Shown: positions 37,908 through 46,426 of the stretch, piece by piece
Numbering within the stretch: position 1 is the first letter of the stretch
Layout of the letters: each line of letters opens with the position of its first letter
Assembly: GCA_964547485.1 (NCBI GenBank)
Contig: CAZJNU010000007.1
Location: 535 to 64,534, forward strand
Reading direction: 5' to 3'
DNA: 64,000 bases
Source: an uncultured Actinomycetes bacterium
GTDB lineage: Bacteria; Actinomycetota; Actinomycetes; S36-B12; UBA10799
Translations under genes and position numbers: made by a program
The notes under the pieces: generated by a model
Seen by the model: the letters and a program-made list of their open reading frames with translations, nothing else
What the model was told of the DNA's origin: nothing
Database searches by the model: none

Positions 37908-38593
37908 GGCAGAACCTCGGCGAGGTGAGACCGGACCAGAGCCCCCTGCAGATCGGAAGAGAGGGTGGCGACGGCGATCGCCGCGGCACGCATTCGCTGC
38001 TGCGAGTCGGCCATTCCCTGCATCGGCGTCGTCACCGCCTCGATCAGGCCGATCTCGCGCTCAGCGGCCAGTCGAAGCGCCCGCAGATGTCGGGGTGTCA
38101 GCCCATACTCTGCTAAACCTGCCACCGCGCGAGCGATGTCAAGGGCGTTGCGATCGAACATTCCCAGCCGGCCGGAGGTGATCAGCCCCTGATCCTCCGC
38201 CTCCTTCAGTGCCGCGGCTGCCAGGCCTGTTTCCCGCAACACCTCCGACCGGGAAAGCTCCAACCCGTCGGATTCGTCAGCTTCGAACGGGGCCGACTGC
38301 GGCGCCGGTGGGCGGGGCGCCGGATCCGCCACCTCCGGTGGCTGCAGACCGCGCTCCATCGCATCCAAATGCTCGCGGATCACCTTCAACGGCAGGAAGT
38401 GGTCACGCTGCATGGACAACACATAACGAAGCCGATCCCGGTCCGCTGTCGTGTACCGCCGATAGCCGGAGGGCGTCCGCGCCGGAGTCACCAGACCTTG
38501 ACCTTCAAGGAATCGCACCTTGGAGATGGTCACCTCCGGAAACTCGTCCGAAAGCTCGGAGATCAACGCCCCGATCCCGACAACGTCGGTCAC
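37904..38593 (-). CDS. MerR family transcriptional regulator (Rv1828/FtsR-like by sequence and position)
   Basis: 229 aa with HTH TISKVRFLEGQGLVTPARTPSGYRRYTTADRDRLRYVLSMQRDHFLPLKVIRE. The GTG start forms a GTGA overlap with the garA-like stop. Confidence 0.85.
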   Translation of the reverse strand: MTDVVGIGALISELSDEFPEVTISKVRFLEGQGLVTPARTPSGYRRYTTADRDRLRYVLSMQRDHFLPLKVIREHLDAMERGLQPPEVADPAPRPPAPQSAPFEADESDGLELSRSEVLRETGLAAAALKEAEDQGLITSGRLGMFDRNALDIARAVAGLAEYGLTPRHLRALRLAAEREIGLIEAVTTPMQGMADSQQRMRAAAIAVATLSSDLQGALVRSHLAEVLP

Positions 38594-39060
38594 GACGGGA
38601 CGCCACCGCCGGTCATGTAGCGGAAGCGGTACTTGCCGATCTGGACTTCGTCACCGCTGGCCAGCACTACGTCCGTCACCGGCTGCCGATTCACATAGGT
38701 TCCGTTCAGCGATCCCAAGTCGACAACGCGCCAGCCGCCGTCAGTGGCGCGCAACTCGGCGTGCCGACGGGAGACTGTGATGTCGTCCAAGAAGATCTGC
38801 TGGTCGGCGGACCTGCCCACGCCAACGAGCTCCCCTTCCAGTTCGAAGGCGCTGCCTTCGTTGGGCCCTCGGTGCACGACCAGAACCGCAAACGGAGCGT
38901 CTCCGATCGGCCGCTGGGGGCCTGTGTCGGGGGACGTTCCGACCGGGGTCAGCGCCCCGGTGGCCTCCAGTTCCGGACCGCTGCCCACCGCGGTACCGCA
39001 CTGGGCACAAAACCGGGAATCGGCCGCCAACCGGCTGCCGCAGTTCCTGCAGATCACCAT
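38590..39060 (-). CDS. garA: FHA-domain protein, GarA/OdhI-like, with N-terminal zinc-ribbon
   Basis: 156 aa. The FHA core LVVHRGPNEGSAFELEG...GRSADQQIFLDDITVSRRHAELR...VVDLGSLNGTYVNRQPV...GDEVQIGKYRF is close to GarA. The N-terminus MVICRNCGSRLAADSRFCAQCG is a CxxC...CxxC ribbon. RBS AGGAGG lies upstream. Confidence 0.8.
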   Translation of the reverse strand: MVICRNCGSRLAADSRFCAQCGTAVGSGPELEATGALTPVGTSPDTGPQRPIGDAPFAVLVVHRGPNEGSAFELEGELVGVGRSADQQIFLDDITVSRRHAELRATDGGWRVVDLGSLNGTYVNRQPVTDVVLASGDEVQIGKYRFRYMTGGGVPS

Positions 39061-39082
39061 CGCCCCTCCTGAAAACCCAACC

Positions 39083-39460
39083 CTAACCCTGAACTAGGGC
39101 CTGATATCCGCCAGCGTCCAGCACTTCGCCGGTCAGTTGGCCGGTCGGAGTGATCTCGACCAACCACCCGTCGCCATAGGGATCAGTGTTGATCGTCTCC
39201 GGCGCCGTCTCCACTGCATCATTTCGGGCGCTGACAGTGCCAGCAACCGGGGCATAGATCTCGCTCACGCTCTTGGTGGACTCAACTTCGCCCATCGGCG
39301 CGCCAACTTCGACCTCGGCACCGAGCTCGGGCAGCGAAACGAAGACGATATCGCCCAGGGCATCCTGAGCGAACTCCGTAATGCCGATGCGCAGAACCCC
39401 ATCGGGCCGCTCACCGATCCATTCGTGCTGACGCGTGTAACGCAACTCCGCAGGAACCAT
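39083..39460 (-). CDS. gcvH: glycine cleavage system protein H
   Basis: 125 aa with the lipoyl-lysine motif EVESTKSVSEIYAPVAG and HEWI near the N-terminus. Confidence 0.95.
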   Translation of the reverse strand: MVPAELRYTRQHEWIGERPDGVLRIGITEFAQDALGDIVFVSLPELGAEVEVGAPMGEVESTKSVSEIYAPVAGTVSARNDAVETAPETINTDPYGDGWLVEITPTGQLTGEVLDAGGYQALVQG

Positions 39461-39469
39461 GGACCAACC

Positions 39470-41989
39470 CTAGCTGCCGTCGTCTTCCGGCGGCGGCTGG
39501 GACGCCGCCTCGACGATCTCCCGCCATTCAGCGAGGAGGGTGCGAGCGCGGCCCTCCGTTGGGGCCTCGACCCACAACCGGACGATGGCCTCGCCCGGGT
39601 CGGGAGCGACCAGCACCCAGGCATCGTCTTCGTAGAGGATGCGCAAGCCCTCCGTCTCGTCGGTACGTCGGTTCAGCGCCGCCAGACGCACCTGCCGCAT
39701 CACCGCGCCCTTACGTGCCCACGGCGTTCGGACAGCTTCCCGCAGCAGCGCCGTGGACGGGATCCTGGTGTCGATACCTCGCAGAGTCAGCCGAGTGCGT
39801 GCCACCAACCCAAGCAAGGCCATCAACGCCGCCATCGCGTCGCAGGACGAACCGACCGCAGGGAAGACGAATCCGCCGTTGGCGTCACCGGCCAGGATGA
39901 GGTCGGCGGTGGTCGTGGCCTGCGCCAGCGCCTGCGGACCCGTCGTCGTCCAGATGACGTTGACTCCGTGATAGGCGGCCACCTGCTCGGCCACTCGGGT
40001 CGTGGTGACCGGCAGTGCCACGAAGCCACCACGCCGCTCAGCTGCGAGCAGATCCAGTACCACCAGCAGCGCACGGTCGTCACTGAGAACTCGACCGGTC
40101 TCGTCGACGATTGACAGCCGTTCACCGGTGGGGTCAATCCGCAGCCCCAGAGCGGCTCTGCTCGAGGCCACCATCAGGCCCAGTCGCCGCAGCGCCTCCG
40201 TCCGTTGTTCCTCCGATTCCGTGGGATGGTTCGGCGTCAACCGGGCATTGACGCTGAGGGCCTCGACTTCCACCGCCGACAACAACGCAGGCAGCACGGT
40301 GGCACAGGTGCCGCCGGAGGTGTCGACGACGATTCGCAGATCGGCTTCGTCCACCCCGGTCAGGTCCGTGCCGGCCAGAACTTTGGCGCAATAGTCCTCA
40401 ATCGGGGCGATCGGAGCCGACACACTGCCCACCTCGCCAGGAAACGGTCGCCGGATATCGTGCCGATTCACGATGCGCTCCAACTGCTGGCGCTCGCGCA
40501 GGTCCAACTCGGTGCCCTGCGAGTCGAGCAGCAGAATATCGACGTGTTCCAGCGCCCCCGGAGTGGTGCGGATAACTACGCCACCGTCCGCGTGGGCCCG
40601 GACGAAGGAGCGGGCAACCGGAATCGGGCAGGTGCCCAGCACCCGGACTTCCGCCCCGGTAGCCATCAGTGCGCCCATGATCGTCAGGCTGAGCGCATGC
40701 GACACCGCCGCGTGGTCCCGCGCAATCGCCACTTTGCCACCCTGCGGGAGCATCGTCGCAAATGCCCCAGACAACCGGACTGCGAGTTCGGGTGTGACAT
40801 CGATATTCACCACGCCCCTGACCCGCTCGCCAGCGAACAGCCGCTGCGACGATCGCGACTCCCAGACGACGCTCTCGACCACCACCTCGCCGGCTTCGAT
40901 CGTCTTGTACGGATAGACATCCGCCCCTGCCGTGATAACCACCTCGGGCTCCAACCGGCAGTCGTCGCCGACGAAGGAACCCTCCTCGACTCGCGCCCCC
41001 CGAAGGATGTCGGTGTGGCGCCCGACGACGCAGCCTCGAAGCTCGACATCCTCCCCGACAAAGACGTTGTCCAACAAGGTCGCTCGCTCGACCAGCGCAC
41101 CTGCTCTGACGACCGCGTGCCGACCCACTACGCTGTACGGTTCGATCCGAGCCCCACCCTCGACCCGCGAATAATCCCCGATGAACAACGGACCGCTCAG
41201 GGTTGCGCCTTCGCCGATCTCGACACCCTGCCCGAGGTAGACCCCGGGCGTCGTCTCGAACCCGGGGATATCCAACCGAACCCGGCCGTCGAGCGCATCG
41301 GTCTGAGCCCGCTGGTAGGCCTCAAGGGTGCCGACATCCTGCCAATAGCCGTCGGCGATGAACCCGAACATCGGTGCCCCGCCCTCGAGCAGTCGCGGGA
41401 ACACATCCTTCGCCCAGTCGACCTCGACGCCCTCCGGAATTTCGTCGAGCACCTCGGGTTCCACCACGTAGATGCCTGTGTTGACCGTGTCTGTGAACAC
41501 CTGCCCCCAGGACGGCTTCTCGAGGAACCGCTCAATCCGACCTTCATCGTCGGTCACCACGATCCCGAAATCGAGCGGATTTGGGCGTCGCGCGAGGCAG
41601 ATGGTGACGGCGCCCCCCTTCGCCCGGTGGAATTCCTGCAATCCGGTGAGGTCGATATCGGTCAAGCCATCGCCGGAGATGACCAGAAAAGTATCGCCAC
41701 GCAGGGCCGAAGCGGCATGTTTGACGCTGCCGGCGGTGCCGACCTTGCGCTTGGCCGTGGCATAGGTGAGGTCGACGCCCAAATCTGAACCGTCACCGAA
41801 ATAGGTTCGCACCATCGACGCCAAGTACTGCAGGGTGACCACGGACTCAGTCATCCCGTGGTCCTTCAACAGCAGCAGCAGATGCTCCAACAGTGGCCGA
41901 CCCACGACCGGCAACAACGGTTTCGGGGCGGAGGCCGTCAACGGCCGGAGTCTCGTTCCCTCGCCACCAGCCATGATCACTGCGCGCAT
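39470..41989 (-). CDS. sugar-1-phosphate nucleotidyltransferase (ManC-like) fused to LbH repeats and a phosphohexomutase-like C-terminal domain
   Basis: 839 aa with N-terminus MRAVIMAGGEGTRLRPLT and KPLLPV, then central hexapeptide repeats. The C-terminal ~450 aa resemble PGM/PMM, but the TASHNP and DGDGDR motifs are not evident (IRTTPG and IDPTGER sit at the expected places). Confidence 0.8.
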   Translation of the reverse strand: MRAVIMAGGEGTRLRPLTASAPKPLLPVVGRPLLEHLLLLLKDHGMTESVVTLQYLASMVRTYFGDGSDLGVDLTYATAKRKVGTAGSVKHAASALRGDTFLVISGDGLTDIDLTGLQEFHRAKGGAVTICLARRPNPLDFGIVVTDDEGRIERFLEKPSWGQVFTDTVNTGIYVVEPEVLDEIPEGVEVDWAKDVFPRLLEGGAPMFGFIADGYWQDVGTLEAYQRAQTDALDGRVRLDIPGFETTPGVYLGQGVEIGEGATLSGPLFIGDYSRVEGGARIEPYSVVGRHAVVRAGALVERATLLDNVFVGEDVELRGCVVGRHTDILRGARVEEGSFVGDDCRLEPEVVITAGADVYPYKTIEAGEVVVESVVWESRSSQRLFAGERVRGVVNIDVTPELAVRLSGAFATMLPQGGKVAIARDHAAVSHALSLTIMGALMATGAEVRVLGTCPIPVARSFVRAHADGGVVIRTTPGALEHVDILLLDSQGTELDLRERQQLERIVNRHDIRRPFPGEVGSVSAPIAPIEDYCAKVLAGTDLTGVDEADLRIVVDTSGGTCATVLPALLSAVEVEALSVNARLTPNHPTESEEQRTEALRRLGLMVASSRAALGLRIDPTGERLSIVDETGRVLSDDRALLVVLDLLAAERRGGFVALPVTTTRVAEQVAAYHGVNVIWTTTGPQALAQATTTADLILAGDANGGFVFPAVGSSCDAMAALMALLGLVARTRLTLRGIDTRIPSTALLREAVRTPWARKGAVMRQVRLAALNRRTDETEGLRILYEDDAWVLVAPDPGEAIVRLWVEAPTEGRARTLLAEWREIVEAASQPPPEDDGS

Positions 41990-41990
41990 A

Positions 41991-42587
41991 TCAAGTCACC
42001 GTCCGTGTTCGCAAGGCGAGGATCCGACGAGCCTGCTCCAGGTAGAGCGCCCCTGCCCACCAATACAGGGCGGTGCCCCAGATTGCAAAGGCCCAACCGA
42101 ATATCCGGCAGATCTCTGCAATCGTCCCGCTGCCATCACCCAGCAACAACAGCGGGAAGGCGTACAGCAGGTTAAAGGTGGCGGCCTTGCCGATGAAGTG
42201 CACCGGGAGGCCGGTGATACCGCGCCGCTTCAGCACCGCAAGCACCACCGCCATCAGCAGATCGCGGGAAACGAGCAGGACGACAAGCCACAACGGGATT
42301 ATGTCCCGAAGTAGCAGTCCGAACAGAGTCGCAAGGATGTACAGGCGGTCAGCGATCGGGTCAAGTAACTGCCCAACCCGTGTTATCTGATTCCACCGAC
42401 GCGCCAGATAGCCATCCAGCCAGTCGGTGATGCCGGACACCACCAGTAGTGCGATCGCCCACCCGTCTGCCTGCGGAACCAGGATCAACCACAAGAATAC
42501 CGGCACGCCCAGCAGCCGAGCGAAACTCAGGACGTTGGGAAGCGTGAGCACCCGATCAGAGGTGACCTGGGTCTCCTGCACTTCCAC
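41991..42587 (-). CDS. pgsA: CDP-alcohol phosphatidyltransferase (PgsA family)
   Basis: 198 aa with the motif DWLDGYLARRWNQITRVGQLLDPIADRL, which fits D-x2-DG-x2-AR...G-x3-D-x3-D. It is syntenic with pgsA2 near gcvH/garA in mycobacteria. Confidence 0.85.
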   Translation of the reverse strand: MEVQETQVTSDRVLTLPNVLSFARLLGVPVFLWLILVPQADGWAIALLVVSGITDWLDGYLARRWNQITRVGQLLDPIADRLYILATLFGLLLRDIIPLWLVVLLVSRDLLMAVVLAVLKRRGITGLPVHFIGKAATFNLLYAFPLLLLGDGSGTIAEICRIFGWAFAIWGTALYWWAGALYLEQARRILALRTRTVT

Positions 42588-42592
42588 AGGGA

Positions 42593-43312
42593 CTACTTGT
42601 TGGACTCGGCTGAGGTGTGTGCCGGTTGATTCCGAGTGGAGTTGCCCGCTGAGAGATCAACAGCTGACCCTGAGCCACCGGAGGGCTGAGAATCAACCCG
42701 TCGTCGGCGGACGATCAGATAGATGCCGAGCAGCATCAGCACCCCGCCCAGCAGAACGATCCCGATGGAGATCGGGAAGATGGAGGTTGAACTCGCGCTG
42801 AGCGTCAGATCTGTCTTCACACCACGAGTGCCGTCGGCATTCATCACGACCAATACTTGGCCAGCGTCTTGACTTCCCCAACTGATCGTCGGGGTGTTGC
42901 CCTGGTCCTGCAGAACCCAGAAGGTCTGACTTGCGGGCGGGGCGGCGACCTCCTTGCCCGGCACCTCGCTCACCTGCAGTTGACCGCCAACGATGTCTGA
43001 GACGGCACTGTAGGGCACCCCCGACAGGTAGTCCTGCACCTTGCTCGGCGGTCCCGCACCGAGGAACAGCGGTTTGCCGGTGTTGCTGACTGCCTCAACC
43101 TTGATTCCGGTCACGGCCGACATCATCGAATTGGCACTGACCTGGAACCCACTGACGTAAATGGCAGCGCCGTCAGACGAACCCGACCCGACATTCATGG
43201 AGTACCTACCGGCCGTTCCGAACACCGCAATTCCGACCGCTCCGAGGACTACGGAGCCAATCCCCAGTAGCAGCGCGACGATCGCCACGACCAGCACAAT
43301 GGTGCGCTTCAT
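42593..43312 (-). CDS. membrane-anchored protein of unknown function (N- and C-terminal TM helices, external middle domain)
   Basis: 239 aa, starting MKRTIVLVVAIVALLLGIGSVVLGAV and ending with IFPISIGIVLLGGVLMLLGIYLIVRRRR and a Ser/Gly tail. Confidence 0.55.
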   Translation of the reverse strand: MKRTIVLVVAIVALLLGIGSVVLGAVGIAVFGTAGRYSMNVGSGSSDGAAIYVSGFQVSANSMMSAVTGIKVEAVSNTGKPLFLGAGPPSKVQDYLSGVPYSAVSDIVGGQLQVSEVPGKEVAAPPASQTFWVLQDQGNTPTISWGSQDAGQVLVVMNADGTRGVKTDLTLSASSTSIFPISIGIVLLGGVLMLLGIYLIVRRRRVDSQPSGGSGSAVDLSAGNSTRNQPAHTSAESNK

Positions 43313-43337
43313 GACCCTCCCTGGGTGAACTCTCAGG

Positions 43338-44537
43338 CTACACAGTGACCGTTGCAGGTCCTGGCAGGACCACGCCGGACTTGACGACCGTCACAAGTTC
43401 GGCGTGGTCGGTGAGCAGCACCAGGTCTGCCGCCGAGCCCACCTCGATCGCGCCGACGCCTACCAGACCCATCGCCCGGGCAGCATTTCCTGCAGCCACG
43501 TTGGACAGGTCCTGCCAGCCCATCCCCAGCACTCTGCGGGCGCGCCCGACTGCTTCATCCATGGTTAGGGTGCTGCCGGCAATGGCGCCGGTGGCAACAA
43601 CTCGAGCCACCCGGTCGGTGACCATCACGTCGAGGCCGCCGAGCAGGTATGGCCCGTCCGAAGCGTCGGCGGCACCCATCGCGTCCGTCATAAGCACAAC
43701 CCGGGTCCCACCCGCGGCGTCCAATGTGACTCGCAGCACCGCCGGATCCACATGGACGCCATCGTTGACGACTTCCAGATAGACCTCCGGTGCGGTCAGC
43801 AGGGCGGCAATTGGCCCCGGCTGCCGGTGACCCAGCGGCGGCATCGCGTTCCAGAGGTGGGTGGCCACGGTCGCGCCACAGGCAATCGCCTCTTGCGCGA
43901 TATCGAGCGAACACTCGGTGTGCCCAATCGCCACTCGGACGCCTGCGCCGACGAGCTGTTCGATAGCAGGCATCGCGCCGGGTAGTTCCGGGGCCAATGT
44001 GACCTGCCGGATGAAGCCGCGGCCAGCGGCCAACAGGTTGGCTATCTCCAGGTGGGTGGGTGGCCGCAGTACTTCTGGATCGTGCGCCCCGCACTTACCC
44101 CGGGCGATCCAGGGGCCCTCAAGGTGGATCCCGGCGACAATTCCCCGGTCGGCGGCCTCGGCCAGCGCCTCGACCTGCGCGAGCAGCGTAGCGACCGCCT
44201 CAGATACCAGGCTCGCGACCAGCGTTGTCGTGCCATGGCGGAGGTGAACGTCGGCCACCCGGCGGATCTGGTCGGGTTCGGCCGAGGAGAAGGATGCCCC
44301 ACCGCCGCCGTGGCAGTGCTGATCGACAAACCCCGGCAGCAACACGTCGGCGTGTGCGACGGGGGTCTGCGGCGGTGCGCCGGTCCCGATACCTGTCAGG
44401 ATTCCAGCCTCGAACGACACCCAACCCTGCCGGACTTCCTGGCCACCGCCGGGAACCACCAGGTCGGCCGAGACAACGCCACTGCCGACAGCTGCGCCCA
44501 GCCGTTCCCTCGGATCGACTGCTGAGACCACCATCAC
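43338..44537 (-). CDS. nagA: N-acetylglucosamine-6-phosphate deacetylase
   Basis: 399 aa with LPGFVDQHCHGGGG, GIHLEGPW and HLWNAM motifs. Confidence 0.9.
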   Translation of the reverse strand: MMVVSAVDPRERLGAAVGSGVVSADLVVPGGGQEVRQGWVSFEAGILTGIGTGAPPQTPVAHADVLLPGFVDQHCHGGGGASFSSAEPDQIRRVADVHLRHGTTTLVASLVSEAVATLLAQVEALAEAADRGIVAGIHLEGPWIARGKCGAHDPEVLRPPTHLEIANLLAAGRGFIRQVTLAPELPGAMPAIEQLVGAGVRVAIGHTECSLDIAQEAIACGATVATHLWNAMPPLGHRQPGPIAALLTAPEVYLEVVNDGVHVDPAVLRVTLDAAGGTRVVLMTDAMGAADASDGPYLLGGLDVMVTDRVARVVATGAIAGSTLTMDEAVGRARRVLGMGWQDLSNVAAGNAARAMGLVGVGAIEVGSAADLVLLTDHAELVTVVKSGVVLPGPATVTV

Positions 44538-44539
44538 GG

Positions 44540-45583
44540 TTACCAGGTCTCGGTGACTTTGCGCAGCCCGCGCGGCGCGTCGGGATCGTAGCCGCGGGCG
44601 ACAGACATAGCGTGCGCCAGCTGCTGCAGCGGGATGATCTGCAGGATCGGGCTCACCTCTTCTGCGATCCCTCGGGGCAGCGCAATCGTCACGGTAGCGT
44701 CGGGCGCGTTCGCGGGGTCCCCGATGGCCAGCACATCTGCGCCGCGCTCCGCCAACCGATTCATCACCGGCCGCATCGCCTCGCCTCCCAAACCCTCCGG
44801 AACGATGGCGACGACCGGTCGATCCTCATCGATCATTGCAAACGGACCGTGCAGCAGATCCGCGCCCGAGAAGGAGTGGGCGGCCACATAGGAGGTCTCC
44901 ATCAGTTTCAGGGCGCCCTCTCGCGCAGTTGGGTAGGCGTACCCCCGGCCAGTCGTCACGATCCGCTCTACAAACCGGTAGCGGGGGGCCACCTCGGCCC
45001 CCGGATTGATGTCCACGATGGCCTGGGCTGCCTCTGGTAGCGCGTCCGCGGCCCGACCGTCGCCGCCACGGAGCCGGTCGATCAGCAGGTACAGGGCGAG
45101 CAACTGGTTGGAATAGGACTTCGTCGCAGCCACCGCCCGCTCCGGACCAGCGTGGACATCGATATGGAACTCGCAGGCTGATGCCAACGGCGAGGCGGAC
45201 GCATTGGTGACACCGAGGGTGATGGCCCCGCCCCGACGGGCGACAGTGGTGGAATCGACCAGATCGGGACTGCCGCCGGACTGACTGACGGCGATCCAGA
45301 GCACCTCCGAGAGATCAGGTTCCGAGCCGAAGACAGTCAACGTCGACGGCGACGCCAAACCGACCGGCAGCCCCGCGAGGATCTCCAGCAGGTACTTCGC
45401 GTACAGCGCCGCATGATCGGACGTGCCCCGCGCGGCGAGGATCGCGAACCGCGGACGGCGCGCGCGGATGGCGTCGGCAATCGGCGCAATCTGATCTGCG
45501 GCCGTCGCCAACAAGCGCGCCAGCGCGGCCGGTTGCTCGGCGATCTCGGCAGCCATCAGCTGCCCTCGCAGTACCTCGTTCAT
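44540..45583 (-). CDS. SIS-domain sugar-phosphate isomerase/deaminase (GlmS C-terminal-like; putative GlcN-6-P deaminase)
   Basis: The real start is the ATG at 45583: MNEVLRGQLMAAEIAEQPAAL...FAILAARGTSDHAALYAKYLLE, followed by VSQSGGSPD. The 228-codon upstream extension in the track (to 46267) is Arg/Gly-rich filler. Confidence 0.85.
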   Translation of the reverse strand: MNEVLRGQLMAAEIAEQPAALARLLATAADQIAPIADAIRARRPRFAILAARGTSDHAALYAKYLLEILAGLPVGLASPSTLTVFGSEPDLSEVLWIAVSQSGGSPDLVDSTTVARRGGAITLGVTNASASPLASACEFHIDVHAGPERAVAATKSYSNQLLALYLLIDRLRGGDGRAADALPEAAQAIVDINPGAEVAPRYRFVERIVTTGRGYAYPTAREGALKLMETSYVAAHSFSGADLLHGPFAMIDEDRPVVAIVPEGLGGEAMRPVMNRLAERGADVLAIGDPANAPDATVTIALPRGIAEEVSPILQIIPLQQLAHAMSVARGYDPDAPRGLRKVTETW

Positions 45584-45859
45584 CCTCGACCGCCTTGCGA
45601 TGCGGCCCCTGCGACCATCCCTGCAGACATGGATTCCTCCAACTCGACCTGGCCGACCACCCCCGACACCGGGGTCGACTCCTACCCGCCACTCTGCACC
45701 CAACGGACCGCACCTCGCTCGCCGAAGCTGCTGCTGGGGCTGCCGCCGCGGGATGCTTCGGCACGCTCCGCCCACTGCTTCGGCACTGTCCGCCCACAGA
45801 ACTGGGGTGCCTCCGCGGCGTCTGGAGTCGCGGCCGCAGTTGTGCCACAGTGTGGCCCC

Positions 45860-46405
45860 ATGAGCATCGAACGCGCACGACCGCCGGACCCCTTCGACTT
45901 CATGCCGCCCAGGCCGACGTTGGTGGTGACGAGCACCGACCTCGTGGACGGCGGCCAGCTCCCGCTGGCACACGGCTGGGACTCCGGCGGAGTTGGCGGC
46001 GACAACCTTTCCCCTCAGCTGGCATGGTCCGGAGCGCCGGCCGGAACGTCTGGTTTCGCGGTCACCTGCTTCGACCCGGACGCGCCGACAGCATCCGGTT
46101 GGTGGCACTGGCTGGTTCTGGGGTTGCCGGCAGCCTGTTCCGCGCTTGCCACGGGTGCCGGTGCGGCCGGGGATGGTGGCCTGCCGACCGGCGCCTTTCA
46201 GGTACGCAACGACTACGGAGCGGAGGGTTTCGGTGGCGCCGGTCCGCCGGTGGGGGACCACCCGCACCGCTACATCTTCACCGTGTACGCACTGGACACC
46301 GACGATCTCGGCCTGACGGCTGAGGTGACCCCTGCGGTCGCCTCAGCCACGATCGCCCACCACACCCTGGCGCGCGGTCACCTCACAGTCCAGTTCGCCC
46401 GCTGA
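45860..46405 (+). CDS. YbhB/YbcL family Raf-kinase-inhibitor-like (PEBP) protein
   Basis: ATG at 45860 gives MSIERARPPDPFDFMPP.... The motifs CFDPDAPTASGWWHW and GDHPHRYIFTVYALD are present. The upstream track extension from 45413 is rejected. Confidence 0.85.
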   Translation: MSIERARPPDPFDFMPPRPTLVVTSTDLVDGGQLPLAHGWDSGGVGGDNLSPQLAWSGAPAGTSGFAVTCFDPDAPTASGWWHWLVLGLPAACSALATGAGAAGDGGLPTGAFQVRNDYGAEGFGGAGPPVGDHPHRYIFTVYALDTDDLGLTAEVTPAVASATIAHHTLARGHLTVQFAR

Positions 46406-46426
46406 GCCGACCCAGCTGACCTCGGC

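Noticed and set aside
40205-41788. 527-aa plus-strand ORF antisense to the ManC-like fusion gene
   Set aside because: Shadow ORF with no recognisable domain. The opposite strand has clear nucleotidyltransferase motifs.
45844-45856. Palindrome GCCACAgTGTGGC just before the PEBP start codon
   Set aside because: It has only 6-nt arms, occurs once and overlaps the ribosome-binding region. It is too weak to call an operator without a search for further copies.
45584-46267. 228-codon N-terminal extension of the SIS-domain ORF (and the 45413-45859 extension of the PEBP ORF on the other strand)
   Set aside because: Both extensions are open only because stops are rare at this GC content. They overlap each other on opposite strands. 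The conserved family N-termini begin at ATG 45583 and ATG 45860.
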